A stretch of DNA of 64,000 nucleotides from Octopus vulgaris (GCA_951406725.2 OX597821.1:104966001-105030000); one strand, 5' to 3'; shown: positions 26,182 through 42,435, counted from the first letter of the stretch. Notes: generated by a model from the letters alone, not told the origin. Translations and numbers: made by a program.

Positions 26182-27866
26182 AATCATCATCATCGTCGTC
26201 CTCGTCGTTGTCGTTGTCGTCGTCGTCGTCGTCGTCGTCGTCATCATCATCATCATTATTATTATATCTTCTTCATACTTTGTTTTATAATTATAATAAA
26301 TATATATTGCTCACGATTGAATTACTTCCTGACATCTCTCAGTCGCTGTTGAATCCTTGATGGCATCATCTTACTTAATGAGAGGACATACAATATCATA
26401 TTGGCCACATGTGAAACCTGTTGTGTTCCATAAAATATCTGTCTACTCTCATTGCACAATTAAAGAGAAATCAATGACGCCATCACTCTCATAGTCCAAT
26501 GCAGAGATACAAGCATATCCTTTCGTTTACTTCGATATTGCGATAGCTAAATATCCCTTCTTATTTTGCTACTATATTTTACTCTAAAAGTATGCAAATT
26601 TCTCTTTGTCGTCTATCAGTACTGTCATTATTAGAAGAATCATATCAATAATTCCTTCTCATTGGGGCGTATCCGATAATTTTTGTTTAACTAATTGTAA
26701 ACTAGTATTTATCTCATTTCATTCATAAGACCAATGTAATTGATGACAGACTAATGACCACAGTTAATCCCAGTCATTATGAAGTGATAATACATGTTTC
26801 CTGGTCTTGTTCTCATTGTTGTTCTTGATGATGCTTTTGCTTTTTAAAGAGAAAGCACCTCTAGCTGATAGGCACTAAATACTACGATGACATTCCTATC
26901 TTCTCAAGTACAAAAACGAATTTACTCTGTATCGGGTTTTATAACTTACATTACATAATCCATTTCTATAAGTTTCTGAATTGCTAGTTGGAAAAAATAG
27001 ATTATGCCGATAGTTTGTTTCCTTGTGCAAAAGTAAATGTTAGTATTCTGTGCAATCATTTTCTGACGAATTATTATGCACCAGCGCTCTGTACGGATTG
27101 TCAACGAATTAATTTGTCTTAAGCAAAAACGAAATTGAATAGTCTTTTTAGATGAAGCATAGTCAGTATGATGTATGAATATATTTGCTATATTGTGTAA
27201 AATCCGGTGCACTCGAACGAATTCTTTGTGACGCACAATCGAATATCCTTTGATATTTTGTTTTATATCTAGATTTGACAATAAATATCTATGTTTCACA
27301 TTTTAAAATGCCAAAAACAAACTGATAGTTTCTAGCTGCTCACTGAGTCTTTTAACTTTGTATTTGAAGTGAATAATTATTTAGATTTCCAGATGCGAAA
27401 TATATCAACATTGTTCATGGCAGAAAATGTTGATATTTGTGACATTCTTGCGATACTGTAACTTCCCTTCAAAATTCTGTGATACCGTTAGTGAAATATA
27501 TTTCATTACTCTTCAGTTCGTGTATGATATGAGAATGTCACGATTTGGAAAGTTACATGTTCTTAAAAGAGATAACAGTAATTTGATTGAAGAAAAGTAT
27601 TTAAAAATTCCCTTAAAAGGGTACATTCACGCAATATTGGTGCATTGAATAATACACTCTAGTCTTACGCAAGATAACTTACCTAGGTTATCTCTATATT
27701 AACAGACCCATTATAGATATAAGGCATTCTTTTATAGTTTTCGTCATAGACATTCTCCATAGTTCTAATGGCTGACGTTGTTCCTATTTAAATCCATATG
27801 GCCATATGCATTCTAGTCAGAGTCATTGTCACTTTTTTCTTAACTAAACTACATCTTGTGTGTGTA

Positions 27867-28429
<563 letters not shown>

Positions 28430-28756
28430 TATATATTTATACATGGAACATTTAAGAGGTTAGGATGAGTCTCAATACACATTCGCCCGTTTTATATAGG
28501 AGACCGGTGATTAGTATTCATATTACTCATTTGTTACACGACTGAAATGATCTGTCTTATAATATAATACATACTATAATAATGGTATTTTTAATACCAT
28601 AACAAATATTTGCCTGTATGTTCGAACGCTACAATATCGTAAATATAGAAAATTTTATAGAACACTATCTGAAAGTTTGTTAGCCTAGGAAAGTCAACGA
28701 GAGAAAGCATGTGAATTATATGGATACAGTTTGTGTATCAAATAGCTTACAACATG

Positions 28757-28818
<62 letters not shown>

Positions 28819-28958
28819 AGAGAGAGAGGGAGATGATGACAACGAAGATAAAGGAAGCTGGTGATAAAGATTATACACATGAAGCATTAAAAGTTGTAAT
28901 TTTATAACGCCAATATTTTCTTGATTTAACCTTCAAGTATTCCAAATTCAATTTTGAT

Positions 28959-28997
<39 letters not shown>

Positions 28998-29939
28998 TCA
29001 TATATATATATATATATAGGTATATATGTCTATATATTGTTTTCAATAATTTAATAGACTCAATATCTATTTCCAATGAAACCACTTTTATTGTGGATTT
29101 ATCCCTTTTTCCTGGAAGTCGTTTCAAATTATTTACTTGGGGCACTCTATCATTCTGTTAAGAAATTTACATGCCACTGGTATCAAAACATAAAAAAACC
29201 TTTCTAAGTACAAAATATCAGATATTTGTTCCCATATAATATGCGTTTCAATATATTTCCAAGCGCTAAGTGGAAATTTCTGTTCCATTCCGTTTCAATT
29301 CCTTAAGATACAAATTCTTATTGTATTTTCCATTTATTTTCAATGAAAAAATCCTGAAGCGTTTTATATTTCTCCCAATAACTGACCTGTTTTTATTATC
29401 TTACTACTCTGCATTAGTAAAAGCCTTTGGGGATATGCTTTATGAAGAGGGTTGCTGATCTTCTTCAATTACTGTCGACTACAGAAAACGGACAGTGAGA
29501 GATTTCCATACGTATCACTTTATATATGGGAAATATCTTTTAAGTTGTTAGTTTCAATCATGTATGAGAAAAGTCGGACAAATGTTTAGAGACGAAGGAG
29601 AAGCTGGCTCAGATGAGGCTGACAAAAATATCAGCGAAATTACGTGCTCGTTATTGAACACAAAGTTGACTAATCATTACAGTAGCTAATTCAAATTTAG
29701 CTTGGTTCTCAGGCATAAGGAACTCGAAATAATATAAAACATGGACGTTCTTTTGAATTACCCTTAGAATTATCTCAACAGGCCTTAGTGGTATTCTCGC
29801 CTATGCATATTTATCCAGATGAAATGTGCTTAAATAGAGGCTACACAAATTCATATTTATCCAAGATTCCACGTACTAGTTTCAAATATATGATCTCATG
29901 ATTGGGAATCCAGTCTCTTAATTATTCGCCTATATATAT

Positions 29940-30073
29940 AAAGTTAATCCAAACAAGAAAACAAAAAAAAACGCAACAACGCAAGGACGTGGAACAAATA
30001 AAGTATTATTGGACGCTCAGGAAAGAAGGTCAATACAGAGGAAAAAATCGCCGGTGGTACTTTTCACGAGGTC

Positions 30074-30075
<2 letters not shown>
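29940..30075 (-). mobile_element. Deleted copy of the 12995-13192 element (hammerhead segment absent)
   Basis: Shares GTTAATCCAAAC, GGACGTGGAACAAATA.AGTATTATTGGACGCTCAGGAAAGAAGG and ACAGAGGAAA.AATCGCC. Confidence 0.75.
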
Positions 30076-30106
<31 letters not shown>

Positions 30107-30257
30107 TGCATATATCTCTATATTTATATACATGTACATACATACATATATATATATAATATTTCTGAATTCTTCTGAATTTTCAGATTTTTCTGTTTGT
30201 CTACTGGTTTTAAATTGATGTTAATTAAATTAATATTCAATTTATCACCCTCACTAT

Positions 30258-30298
<41 letters not shown>

Positions 30299-30299
30299 T

Positions 30300-30381
<82 letters not shown>

Positions 30382-30383
<2 letters not shown>

Positions 30384-30580
30384 GCGGCGAACTGGCAGAG
30401 TCGTTAGCTCATCGGGCAAAATCCTAAGCGCCATTTAGTCCTTCGTCACGTTCTCAGTTCAAATTCCGCCGAGATCAACTTTGCCCTTCATGCCTTCGAT
30501 AGAATAAATAGCACTGGGATTCTTGTAATCGACTCACGCCCTGCCTGAAATTTCAGACCCTTGTACCTGTATTAGTAAGT
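30382..30580 (+). mobile_element. SINE family B, single module, preceded by (TAG)n
   Basis: GGCGGCGAACTGGCAGAGTCGTTAGC...GTTCAAATTCCGCCGAG. Confidence 0.8.
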
Positions 30581-30757
30581 ATTATTAAGTGTATTAGTAT
30601 TTAATTGGTTAACATAACTGAAATGAACGCAGGTAAGGAATTTGGTATTTCATACCATTTTACATGAGAAAGATACTATTCACATTTTTTAAACTGAATA
30701 ACGAGCACTTTACCCGGCATGTTCGAGAGAGTTTATATATATAGTAGTAATTATAAT

Positions 30758-30991
30758 TTCGTGACTAAAAAATCTATATACTTTAAATCTAGCTTACAAC
30801 TTAAATGGATTATTGTGCAATCAGCATCAGGTAAAATAGGTCATCGCTGTTTGATGCAATTCATATGGCGTAGTGAATCTGCGCTAAATTACTTTAAACA
30901 AGCTTATGAATATGCTAAGCAAACATGTTCCTACTCCATCATTATTCCGAGACAATTTTCAAGAAACTTCGTGTGTAAGGATAAAAGCAAG
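30758..30991 (+). repeat. Inverted duplication, copy 1 (234 bp)
   Basis: Reverse complement of 34619-34852 with one mismatch seen (AAACTTCGTG vs AAACTACGTG). Confidence 0.95.
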
Positions 30992-31152
30992 GGTATCTAA
31001 GACATACCTCCACACTGGAAATAGCAGTCACGGTTTGACTGCTATTTCCAGCAGGGAGATATCTCTTAGATTCCCTAAATTGTAATTTTAAATAATCTAT
31101 ATTTTGACTGCTATTTTCAGCGTGGTGGTATCTCTCAGATAACCTAAATTAA
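30991..31152. repeat. Palindromic element with three diverged ~40-bp arms
   Basis: CTGGAAATAGCAGTCA-CGGTT-TGACTGCTATTTCCAG hairpin extending imperfectly to GGGTATCTAAGA/TCTTAGATTCCC. A third arm lies at ~31113-31150. Confidence 0.8.
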
Positions 31153-31817
31153 AATTATATATATATATATATATATTTGATGAAGTGTATCTTCACTTGA
31201 ATAAAAATATTCGAAGTCTATTTTGAAATAGTTGGTACTTACCAACATTGTTAATATCAATTTTCATATGGATAATCCTTTCAAATACACGTCTGAAGTT
31301 TTAGGGAAGCAAACTTATTGATTACATTGATTTCAGTGCTGAACTGGAGTCGACCTAATCGACACAAAAGGCAGAAATATCGATACGAAAAGACAAAAAT
31401 ACAACGTCAGCCTCGACGAAATTTGGCGTTAAGACCGTAGTGTCAGAGACAATGCCTGGCAGCATTTTATTTGACAAGCTAACAATGGTGGCAACACGCA
31501 GCCTTGAGTTTGAAATGGATATAAAAGAGGAGTAAAATTCCATACTAAACGTAAAAATTTGCGATACAAAATTCAAAGATTCATGTTTTCACAAGTATGG
31601 ATGTCAGAAACAAAAAAAAAACAAAAGATGTATTATGAAGATATAGATACATGCACATATACATACACACATGTAAATCTTCGGGAAAGAAAACATTTCA
31701 GGTTAGAGCTCAGCACGTTTCGTACAGAAAAATTTAACTCAAAATAATATGGAATATATATAAATCCATGTCTCCCTGTCAATCGATCTATAAATAAATC
31801 AATAAATCTATGTATTC

Positions 31818-31883
<66 letters not shown>

Positions 31884-31901
31884 CTATGTATCAATACTTC
31901 T

Positions 31902-31943
<42 letters not shown>

Positions 31944-32039
31944 CGTTCTGCTGGTCACTTGATAAAATCGTTATTTTATTTTAAATTAATAATTAATTAA
32001 TTATTTTATTTTTAATTATTTTAAATTATTTTAAATTAT

Positions 32040-32094
<55 letters not shown>

Positions 32095-32236
32095 GAGAAT
32101 CCCCCCAAAAAAACCAACAAGAGACGAGGACAGGTGGTGTAGACAACAAACAAATGTTTTAGTATGTCGCTCGGGAAGTGATAGCTAAATAGATAGATAT
32201 ATAGATACATAGATAGATAGATAGATAGACAGATAT

Positions 32237-32323
<87 letters not shown>

Positions 32324-34490
32324 TACACACACACGAAATTCCGATAGAAGTATTGAGTGTGCGAAAGAGACAGAGCTGTATGGAAATAAAATATTCCGAA
32401 TTTTACATCAACTGCCGTTTCATTGATAAACATATATAAATCTTTTATGTCATCGTCGGATATATTTTATTGTAGTGTGAATAGTTTTGGGTCTGAATAA
32501 ACAATTTCATTCATGTTTTTTGTTTGTTTTCTTTTGGCACATCATGCAGCCTTAGTAGATACGCAAAGGCAATTATCTTTTAGTAATATATTCTGAATAC
32601 TTTTATGATTTCTATTGGAACGAATCTATGAATGATGACATCCTGTGCTGTGAATTGTTGGTGTTGTGTGTTTGCTGCTGGAAATAATGTAGATGTCTAT
32701 CGGTTTATGAAGACGCATATGACCTAACATCCCGTTTTAGCAGGAATGAGGTTATTGGTGAGGGCAAAGGAAGCGGGAATAACGCGGAATATATGAAAGA
32801 AAGGACTATCCATGCACACAATGCCTTATGTTGCATTATAAGCAGAGACGAGAATTACATTTACAAATATCTGGCAACGGTTCATTGGAAAGCTATAAAC
32901 ATACGCAAGGAATGGTTTGGTATCTTTGGAAAGGAATAATGGATATACCTGACAAACAGCTGAGTAGCTTTAAAAGCATAATAGCTTTTTTTTCTATAAG
33001 GAATAAGATTTTTCTATTTCTATAAACGTGGAAAGAGAATTCATGAAAAATGTCTTTCATGCTGATATGTAAATTTGATGCTAAAGATAAATATTGGTAA
33101 CAGTATATGAGAATTTTACCAAATGAGATGTATGTTCATGTACATTGGATATATCTATGTAGGTTTATTGATATTTTATATTATGATTCCTGAACACATG
33201 GCCAAAATAAACAAATAAATGTTGACTTTAAAATATTGTCAGTATGTCAAAATAGGCAACTATTATATACAAATAAGTTATAAAAATAAACTCAGTTTTG
33301 TTGTTTCTTCCTTATACTGTTATTTATGTAATTTGACTGGCTGAATGCCCCGGAGAATCACGCTGGTAGGCCATATTATCAAAAGTTTCTTTACTCAGGT
33401 ACAAATAGTAAAACTACATAAATGCTGTGCAAGATAGATTTAGTTTCTTCTCAAGCATTTGTTTAATGCCAATAAACGAGGAACAGATTTGCGTTAGCCT
33501 TTAGAAAAAAAAATCTACTGCTCAGTTTGAATAGATTCAAATAGTTCTATTCACAGCTTTGAATATGTATCAGGAAGGGAGGGAAATGCCAATATAATTA
33601 TCACTTTTTTACTCTGTAATAATTACAATATACTCAATGCAGAACCCCCTCGGATCACACCAGGGCGGAACATGTGTAAAAAGTTGTTACTAGGCCCCAT
33701 TTTTTAATAAAATGTTTGCCGTTATTCCTGTATAAGTTTTGTGTGAATATAATTTCTGGGCGGATACTTGGACATTTAGAAATAATCCATAGAATTGCCT
33801 ATTTATTAATTCCAATGCGCTAATGCTCTCTGTAATATTTCAACAGTTGTCGTGCTACAAGCTACTTACAGTTTTTTTTTTCTGTTACTATAACTTCGAT
33901 TCACTTGTTAGACCAACTAGTAGATTGTGCTAGTAGATTAACACATCATTTTTTTAAAACATGAATAATACTACGCATGCTATTTTCTGCTATATAACAT
34001 AACTAATAGCACTGTATTTTTCGAAGTAATACTCATTCTCTCAATATAAATGAAATTAATATTTCAGATGATTATAATGTACAAAATGCATATTTACTAT
34101 CATTGCATTCATGGCTGATTTATTTATATAGTCTAATTACATGTAATAGATAATAACATCATTGTAGTAAAAATACAACAATCATTTGCGATGTGATTCA
34201 TTATGAAATCCCTCTTATATGGTTTGTAAATTCATGTATCTTACTATTTGAAAACATTCGTTGTTCAATGCTCTCTAATTTATATATACGATGATTTATA
34301 TTCGCATAATGCACACCCACGTGTGGAGAAGGCTCTGTTAACAAGTTAGTATTTATTTATGGGATAGGATAATTTTATGGGTGAATAGTTTAATTATTAT
34401 TGTATACTCATAGGAAGTTACGTAAAAAAAGTGTTGAGATTTTGGTTACAGTTTTATTCTCTGAATTTCGAAATAGAGGTAAGAAAATAC

Positions 34491-34521
<31 letters not shown>

Positions 34522-34618
34522 CATACATACATACATACGTACATACATACACCCCCATATGCATGCGCGTATGTATAACCAATATCTGAAAATACTCATT
34601 ATTCAAACTAAGAATATG

Positions 34619-34852
34619 CTTGCTTTTATCCTTACACACGTAGTTTCTTGAAAATTGTCTCGGAATAATGATGGAGTAGGAACATGTTTGCTTAGCATAT
34701 TCATAAGCTTGTTTAAAGTAATTTAGCGCAGATTCACTACGCCATATGAATTGCATCAAACAGCGATGACCTATTTTACCTGATGCTGATTGCACAATAA
34801 TCCATTTAAGTTGTAAGCTAGATTTAAAGTATATAGATTTTTTAGTCACGAA
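34619..34852 (-). repeat. Inverted duplication, copy 2 (234 bp)
   Basis: Reverse complement of 30758-30991. The same spurious peptide appears in ORFs 30719+ and 34454-. Confidence 0.95.
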
Positions 34853-36196
34853 CTTATAGAATTCAATGAAAATACGAACAATATCATAATTCGTGTATTT
34901 CTTACGAAAGTAGTGTCTTAATACCTCTATATAACTCCTAATATCTCTTAATACACAAATGTGATTATATATTAAGAAAATAATATTCTATGATTATATT
35001 TGAGGACTACGCTTGGAATTATATTTTAAGTCACTTGATGCACGTAGAGTGTAAGGGACTGATAGGCAGAGAGTGTGACAGAGAAAATCTGAAGGAAGCA
35101 ATATTGTACGCAGAGAAAGAGAGTCCATCATAAGAGATGCATCATAAAACGATCAGATTGAAAGGCATATCAAAGAAGTGATGCGTATGAGTTAGGGTTA
35201 GAGGGAGTGAAAAAGATATAACATAAAGTATGAATTAAGAAGTAAGGGGAAATCTCTTGCTAGTTGTAAGATTAAATATTATCTCCTGTAGCACTGTAGA
35301 ATTCTGAAAGACAATATTCCTGGCGACTCAGTAATTAAATGAAATAAGCACCAAAACACAGAGCAATATATATTCATTCTGTCTATCCTACTTAAACACA
35401 CAACTGGTTTAGTAATGGTGTCTCATTGGACGGTTAATGAGTGTATTTAGCAACTGGTGAAATCATAGGGAAATATTGTGACAAAAAAACCTGATCCTTT
35501 TTTTTTTCTACTCATGAAGCTATAGCGCATTAATGGAGAATGTTTATACGTTTATAAGTAAAGAATACTGCCAACGGTCTCTAGTTTTATTCTATATTGT
35601 AGCATAACAAAGAAGAAAATCTGTTATCTATCCGGCAAACTATCAAAAACAATTATTGCAAAAAATACACATATATTACGTGAACAAGTCGATGTAGCAG
35701 ATGACATCAGATTTTAGTAATACAGGATTAATAGCACAGTATTTTCTTGGGCAGTAAAACGGTTAATCGGTCGCGGGTGATATTGAATTCATTTGAGTTG
35801 AATTCATTTCAGTTGAAGCTACGAAGATATTGATATCTAAATACAAATAACGTATATGTGTATTTACATACAACTTTCGTTAAAAGCTATTCATATATTC
35901 AACTGTGCCGTAGAGGAGATATAATGGCCTATAGTGCCCAAAATAATTAAATGGCTTTATGAAAACGAAGTGTTATAAAAGAACCAAATAGTATTTTAGC
36001 GTATATACACGCATTAATATTGTGAAGGTGGAAGCATTTACCGCCCACACGCATATAGACAGAGAGACTGACAGACACACAAAAATGTATGTATGTATAT
36101 ATGAATCCATGCATATGCACACATATATGTATGCATATTTATATGTGCATACAGCCATGCGCACATATATGCGCGTTCGTTTGCATATGTATGTGC

Positions 36197-36236
<40 letters not shown>

Positions 36237-36319
36237 ATGTATGTATGTATGAAGATATGTCTGTATATGTAAGTATAAATATGTAAATACATATATATGC
36301 TTCTGTGTGTGTTTGTGTG

Positions 36320-36395
<76 letters not shown>

Positions 36396-36947
36396 TACAT
36401 ACTGTTTTGTACACTGGTATTTTCGTTGTGTAATGAATTTGGGTGTACGTCTGCGTATTTTTACTGCAGGCACTTAAAAATAAATAATGTGCAATGTAGG
36501 AATGGCGATGAAGTGGATTTCCTTTTATTACCGATTTATTTCACTTAAAATCCTAGTAATCATTGTTGGAAGCGTCCGTTTACTTCATGATCTCAGAATT
36601 TAGAAACATCACATGCAGGAAGATACATCATTTATTTGTTCTTCCTTCAGAAAAATAAGCCATTACTGTCAATTTAATTGCCTCGTTGCTAAGATCTAAT
36701 CTCAAACAAATCATGCGCTTCGTTACAAGTTCATTACATTGAAATTACTTGCTAAAGTTTTACTGAATATGAACGCAATATGTTCTAAATCAATCGCAAT
36801 TCAACACATGCGCACTGATGGCCCTTATCCGTAACATACCTTTATGTACACATTCGTGTGCATATACCCGGTCACACACATAATATCAATATACATGCCT
36901 ATGATCGTGTTTGTGTGTGTGCGTGTTAATGCTTATGTATGGAATGC

Positions 36948-37000
<53 letters not shown>

Positions 37001-37042
37001 CATATATACACATATATGTACATATCCATATACATGTATACA

Positions 37043-37124
<82 letters not shown>

Positions 37125-37274
37125 TATATGCATATACATAGTCACGCATAAATGTATGCACGGACCTCGTAAAACGTATACACACAAGAATTATTGCGCA
37201 TATACCACACAATCTACGTACTATTACGTAGATTTCCTCTGTAATATTCTCATGAAAGAATTTTTTTTCAAAAA

Positions 37275-37675
37275 GGCGGCCAGCTGACAGAAATGTCAGC
37301 ACGTCGGATAAAATGCTTAGCGGTAGTTCGGCTGCTGCTACATTCTGTGTTCAAATTCCGCCGACTTCGACTTTGCTTTTCATCCCTTCAAGGTCGATTA
37401 AATACGTACGAGCTACCCACTGAGGTCGATGTAATCGACTTACTCTGTTTGTCTGTCCTTGTTTGACCTCTCTGTGTTTAATCCCTGTGACTAGTACAGA
37501 AATTGATCGTTCGTGTGTCTACGTTCTGAGTTCAAATTCCCCCGAGGTCGACTTTGCCGTTAATCCTTTTGTGGTCGATAAATTAAGTAACAGTTTCGTA
37601 CTGAGATTGATCTAATGAACTGGACCATTGCACCACAAAATTTCGGGCCTTGTGCCAAGAGTAGAGAAGAATATT
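37275..37675 (+). mobile_element. SINE family B, two modules
   Basis: GGCGGCCAGCTGACAGAAA head, two GTTCAAATTCC..GACTTTGC modules, tail TTTCGGGCCTTGTGCC.AGAGTAGA.AAGAATATT. Confidence 0.85.
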
Positions 37676-38449
37676 TCTTTCCATCTTTGTGCTCCTTATT
37701 GCTTTCTCTTGTTCATTTGTGAGTGCTCTGTTCTTGAAAATGTATCGTACTCATGCTTCTATGATAATTTTGTTTCAAAATTAGTTTATGATTCACGTGA
37801 AATTTAAATTACCTTCATCAGTACATATTACATATTACCAGTCCATATTACTGGTATTCATTAAATTAGCGTTCATTTGAAAGGTTGAAACGCAAATCGG
37901 CTCAGTGGTCATAAAAAATTTAAGAGACTTAAAGTGGCATATTTAAAATCATTTTACTAAATATACAGAAACGTTGAATCCAACGCATTTCATTTAAATT
38001 CTTCTATGGTAGTTTTTGATATGTCATAAATACTCCTCCTTCTATTTCTGTATATCAGATATAACATTTTGCCATGTTTCTTTCATCTCATATCTAAGCG
38101 ATATTTAAATACACATATAGTTTAATTTTTCACCGTCGTTAATTATCTGACGTCTATTTTTTTTTCTTTGATTATTCTCTGCTTTTTCGCCTTTATAGTC
38201 TTTGATAGAAATTGTTTCAATTAAATTCTGTTTTCTATATTTGTTATTAATTATTTATTTATTTAATTATCTTATTGTAATTATGTTATGTCAGGTATTA
38301 AAATTGAATTAAATATATAAATACTATATTTCATTGGTTGATGGAAAGCGAGAAACCATGGAAATGTTAGACAGATCGATATTGGGAATTATCAACTTCA
38401 CAATCATCTTCGTTATTAGATTGCTGTACATTCTGTTTTCAATGTTGCT

Positions 38450-38566
38450 ATATTCTTGACGACGACTGGGAAGGAGGCTGTGCTGCTGCTGCCGATGACT
38501 TTGACGATCATAACGATGATGATGATGATGGTGGTGTTGGTGGTGGCAGCTGTTGTGATCATGATT

Positions 38567-38599
<33 letters not shown>

Positions 38600-38732
38600 G
38601 TGGTGGGGTTGGTACTACTGTTTGTGTCTGTGGCGGTGGTCATGATGATGAGATGATGGTTGTTACGTTGAAGATGCCGGTAATGGTGGTGGTGGACGTG
38701 TTGCTGCTGCTGCTGATGGTGATGATAATGAC

Positions 38733-38778
<46 letters not shown>

Positions 38779-38835
38779 TTAATGCTGATGATGATGATGT
38801 TGATGTTAATGCTGATGATGATGATGATGGTGGTA
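38450..38835. repeat. (GAT)n/(GGT)n/(GCT)n compound array
   Basis: Seen directly. Confidence 0.9.
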
Positions 38836-39340
38836 GACAATGTACTTTTATTTGGCAATTTTTTTAGGTGTCTTGTGCGTGTGTGTGAGCGAATTGAAAA
38901 TAAAATGGAAGAACGGAATTAAATTCTTCATGAGAATTGCATTAACGAACGGTAAACTTGTATTTTCAACAAGAGAAGAGTGGGGAATTTCGTTTTCCCA
39001 TGGTGATTTAGCTTAATTTTAGTTAAGAAATGCATTTCCAAGCGTTAATTTTTTTATAAATTCCAATTTCAACGCTATGTATTCTGACAACGTTAATGCC
39101 AATTACATGTACGATATTTATACTAATGACAGATATACTACTTCCAGGATCATCCCACCACCTACCTTTAGAAAAACAGAGTAGGCGGTGTCCTTCTATT
39201 ATGTGGCTAAATGGCTAAATAAACACTGTAGTGGACGAGGATTGTAAGATTCAGGAATGATACCTTCTTCCACATTCAAGCCTTCAGCGCCATTTTACTG
39301 TTACAATTTGAAACGTAAATGACATCTCCTGATATACTAC

Positions 39341-40600
<1,260 letters not shown>

Positions 40601-41044
40601 CAGTTAATACCTATATTGTGGAATTTTCTAACGACCTGATTAATAGCTCTACACTGTGTGGAGAGGCATTATCATGAAACTGCATTAAAAGCTTGCTATT
40701 TTAAACACTCTGGTGTTTGCAGAATATACAATTCAGGGTTGCTTTTGTTTGTCATGTTTACACTTGGCATTTGATGGTATGAATGCGCACTCAAAGAAAG
40801 TTTAATCGAATTCATTAATGGAGCAAAATAATACAAGATTAAATTAACAATTTTTTGCTATTGGGTAAGAAGTATTTCTAGAAAAAAAACACGATACAAA
40901 ACACGATTTTCAACGAAGTTTTCGATATCAACAGAAATACTATCACACGCATACGCATAGAGAGTGAGTGAGTGAGAGAGAGAGAGGGGGAGAGAGAGAG
41001 GGAGAGAGAGAGGGAGAGAGAGAGAGGGAGATAGAGATGTGGGA

Positions 41045-41300
41045 GGGATAATTAATGAATTTCATCAAGCAGGATTGTAACCTAAGTGAAAGCATCTGGT
41101 TACTCCGATTGCGGTGTATGACTGGTATTTTATTTTCTGCATGCGTATCGATGAAAGGCGATATAAATTCAATTGCTGGGGAGTCGGAACAAATAACGGA
41201 AAGCATAAATTCTCAAGCACTAATGCTCTTATCTGGTCAGGATTCCCATAACGGTTAAGCAACCAGTCTTAGAAGCAACACAGCCTACGGTATTATGCAA
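41045..41300 (+). other. Putative non-coding exon diverging from the 39.3-40.6 kb unit
   Basis: Follows a (GA)n tract at 40960-41040 and ends at consensus donor CAA|GTAAGT at 41301. Confidence 0.3.
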
Positions 41301-41658
41301 GTAAGTGTGTTTCATTGCATAAGTGATCCCTTTAAGCACAAGACAGGAGAAAATTGGGACACACCTACCTATAGCAAATTATTAACTACATTAACGACAA
41401 CATAGGTTTCTTCCATTTTCTTGCTCTGTTAAAATATTTGAGTAAAATATATATTAATACGTCCGACTGATGAAGATTCTACTTATTTGTCCCGTTGATT
41501 AAAATTCTATTTATTTGTGCAGCTGATGATAGCCGTGCATTTAGATTGATGTAATGATTACATTTTTCAATTAAATGGAGTCGCTTGAAACGGTGGTACT
41601 GCATCAATATATATATATATATATACACATATATGTATATATATATATATATATATGT

Positions 41659-41721
<63 letters not shown>

Positions 41722-41722
<1 letters not shown>

Positions 41723-42200
41723 CGGGAAGCTTTATGAAAATAAACAAAAGACGAAGGCAGGTGGAAAACAAACGAACAATTGTATATATGGCGCTCGGGA
41801 AATATAAATAAAACAAGTCTTTAACGTTTCGAGCCTACGCTCTTCAACAGAAAGATACACAGAGAGAAAAACACAGAAAGAAGGAGAGAAAAAAATGCGT
41901 GCAGTAGCTAACGAATAACATGGCGATCTGATTTCGGCCAGAGGTCAAAGATCAAACATGAGACGCGAGAGCGAAATAAGGGGAGATAATAGGGTTGATA
42001 AAAGGGTTGAGGAACCAGCTAATAGTGCGTAGGAGGGGTCTGGATGTGTGTGTATGTATAGGGTTGGTGTATGTATTAGTATGTATAAGGGTGTGTGTGT
42101 GTGTGTGTGTGTGTGTATCAGAGAGTATTAGTGCGTAGGATTGGTCTGGACGTGCGTATGTATGGGGTTGGTGTATGTATTAGTATGTATTAGTATGTAT
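41722..42200 (-). mobile_element. Penelope-like terminal fragment with a hammerhead variant
   Basis: Minus 41818-41855 reads UCUUU-CUGUUGA-A-GAGC-GUAG-GCUC-GAAACGUU-AAAAGA. Starts at (TA)n. Related copies at 32092-32180 and 61526-61800. Confidence 0.65.
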
Positions 42201-42216
42201 ATATATATGTATATAT

Positions 42217-42392
42217 CGTCTTTTTATAGACACATGTTTTTGGGCCATTTCAGAAACCAGTGACTCACACATTTTCCAGTTTGAAGACGGCTATTCCAAG
42301 CTTGAAACTCATAACAGAGTAACTCACTGTAAACATTATTATTAAAATAAAAATTATACCTCAAAAAAGCTCTCATTACTCATTGTTTGAAA
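42217..42392 (+). mobile_element. TA-flanked insert with a hammerhead-like motif (42278-42324)
   Basis: AGU-UUGAAGA-CGGCU..AGCUU-GAA-ACUC-AUAACA-GAGU-A-ACU: perfect 4-bp stem III, GUA triplet, C3>U core change. Confidence 0.55.
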
Positions 42393-42435
42393 TATACATA
42401 TTATGTATCTGTATATGTATATATCTATATCCATA

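Noticed and set aside
30719-31000. Same 70-aa peptide in two ORFs (also 34454-34849)
   Set aside because: A by-product of the inverted DNA duplication, with no recognisable domain or splice context.
41466-41480. CTGATGAAG as a hammerhead core
   Set aside because: No stem II or GAAA follows.
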